From positions 246,332 to 310,331 of the forward strand of contig CBDAOI010000001.1 in NCBI GenBank assembly GCA_965198005.1: a stretch of DNA of 64,000 bases. The letters run 5' to 3'. Below the pieces are notes generated by a model, which saw only the letters and a list, made by a program, of their open reading frames with translations, was not told the origin of the DNA and searched no databases. Made by a program: the position numbers and the translations under genes. Positions 63,629 through 64,000 of this stretch are shown here, piece by piece; within the stretch, counting starts at the first letter, position 1, and each line of letters starts with the position of its first letter. Origin of the DNA: Spirochaetia bacterium (lineage in GTDB: Bacteria > Spirochaetota > Spirochaetia > SZUA-6 > Bin103).

Positions 63629-64000
63629 CTACGCGTCGATCGGTTCGGTATAGCGGCATGGCGGTTGAGCCCGGTATTCGCTGCACCCGACGAACGGCCC
63701 ATGTCGGCCGCGTTTCATGGTAAGGATGCCGACCCTACAGCGAGGGCAGACCCTCGGGGGCGAGGCGCAGGCATCGTTGGTGCATACCGAACGACCGCCG
63801 TCGATCAGAACATAACCCTGATCACATACGCATCGGGGCGCCAGATGTCGGCACAGTGGATGGTTCACGCAACGAAGGTTCTTTCCGCTGTGCGACTCGA
63901 CGAGCCGGCCGCGGCATTGGGGACAGGTGAGGGCATCGTTCTGAGCCAGCGCGCCAGCGCCGATGTGGAGGATGTCCGGATGATTCCGCACCAGCTCCTC
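63629..64000 (-). CDS. C-terminal topoisomerase-type zinc-ribbon repeats (possibly of a UvrD/HelD-like helicase); partial
   Basis: CPQC, CPRC..G.L..K.GRHGPFVGCSEY..C; runs off the window. Confidence 0.7.
   Translation of the reverse strand, partial: EELVRNHPDILHIGAGALAQNDALTCPQCRGRLVESHSGKNLRCVNHPLCRHLAPRCVCDQGYVLIDGGRSVCTNDACASPPRVCPRCRVGILTMKRGRHGPFVGCSEYRAQPPCRYTEPIDA

Overview
High-GC bacterial DNA, most likely Spirochaetota. This is inferred from the murG-holB-like-hk2-rrp2 gene order, the stand-alone groES beside an RpoS-like sigma factor, and the style of the expanded peptide-ABC paralogues; a host-associated metagenome bin is plausible but not provable here. The window has three zones. 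(1) 1-22.8 kb is a mosaic accessory region: a lower-GC dppABC-type operon, three toxin-antitoxin pairs (Mrr_N-fused antitoxin/VapC, AbiE-type, UPF0175/DUF3368), a truncated Rpn nuclease, a DUF222-HNH gene fused to a broken CMD gene, tRNA-Val(TAC), a Bdr-like repeat protein, an amidase, an enoyl-CoA hydratase, several repeat families and many gene fragments, especially co-oriented dppB/dppC pieces bordering the cargo genes. (2) 22.9-56.7 kb is intact core genome: amtB, pstCAB-phoU, UvrD helicase, cell-wall amidase, ppdK, sigma factor, groES, JAB-DinG, potABCD-like ABC transporter, asd-lysC-lysA-dapF-dapL, J-domain protein, wecA-like gene, hk2/rrp2-like pair, holB-like gene and murG. (3) 56.7-64 kb is a decaying defence island: type III mod with a res gene apparently lacking its nuclease, a truncated ImmA/IrrE gene and other remnants. 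The best leads are a sigma54 promoter in front of the RpoS-like sigma gene together with an Hk2-Rrp2-like pair, dpp fragments as possible recombination anchors for TA cargo, a covarying leader RNA shared by two SBP paralogues, and an in-frame tandem array with a ~126-bp unit. All family assignments come from motif recognition by eye; no searches were run.
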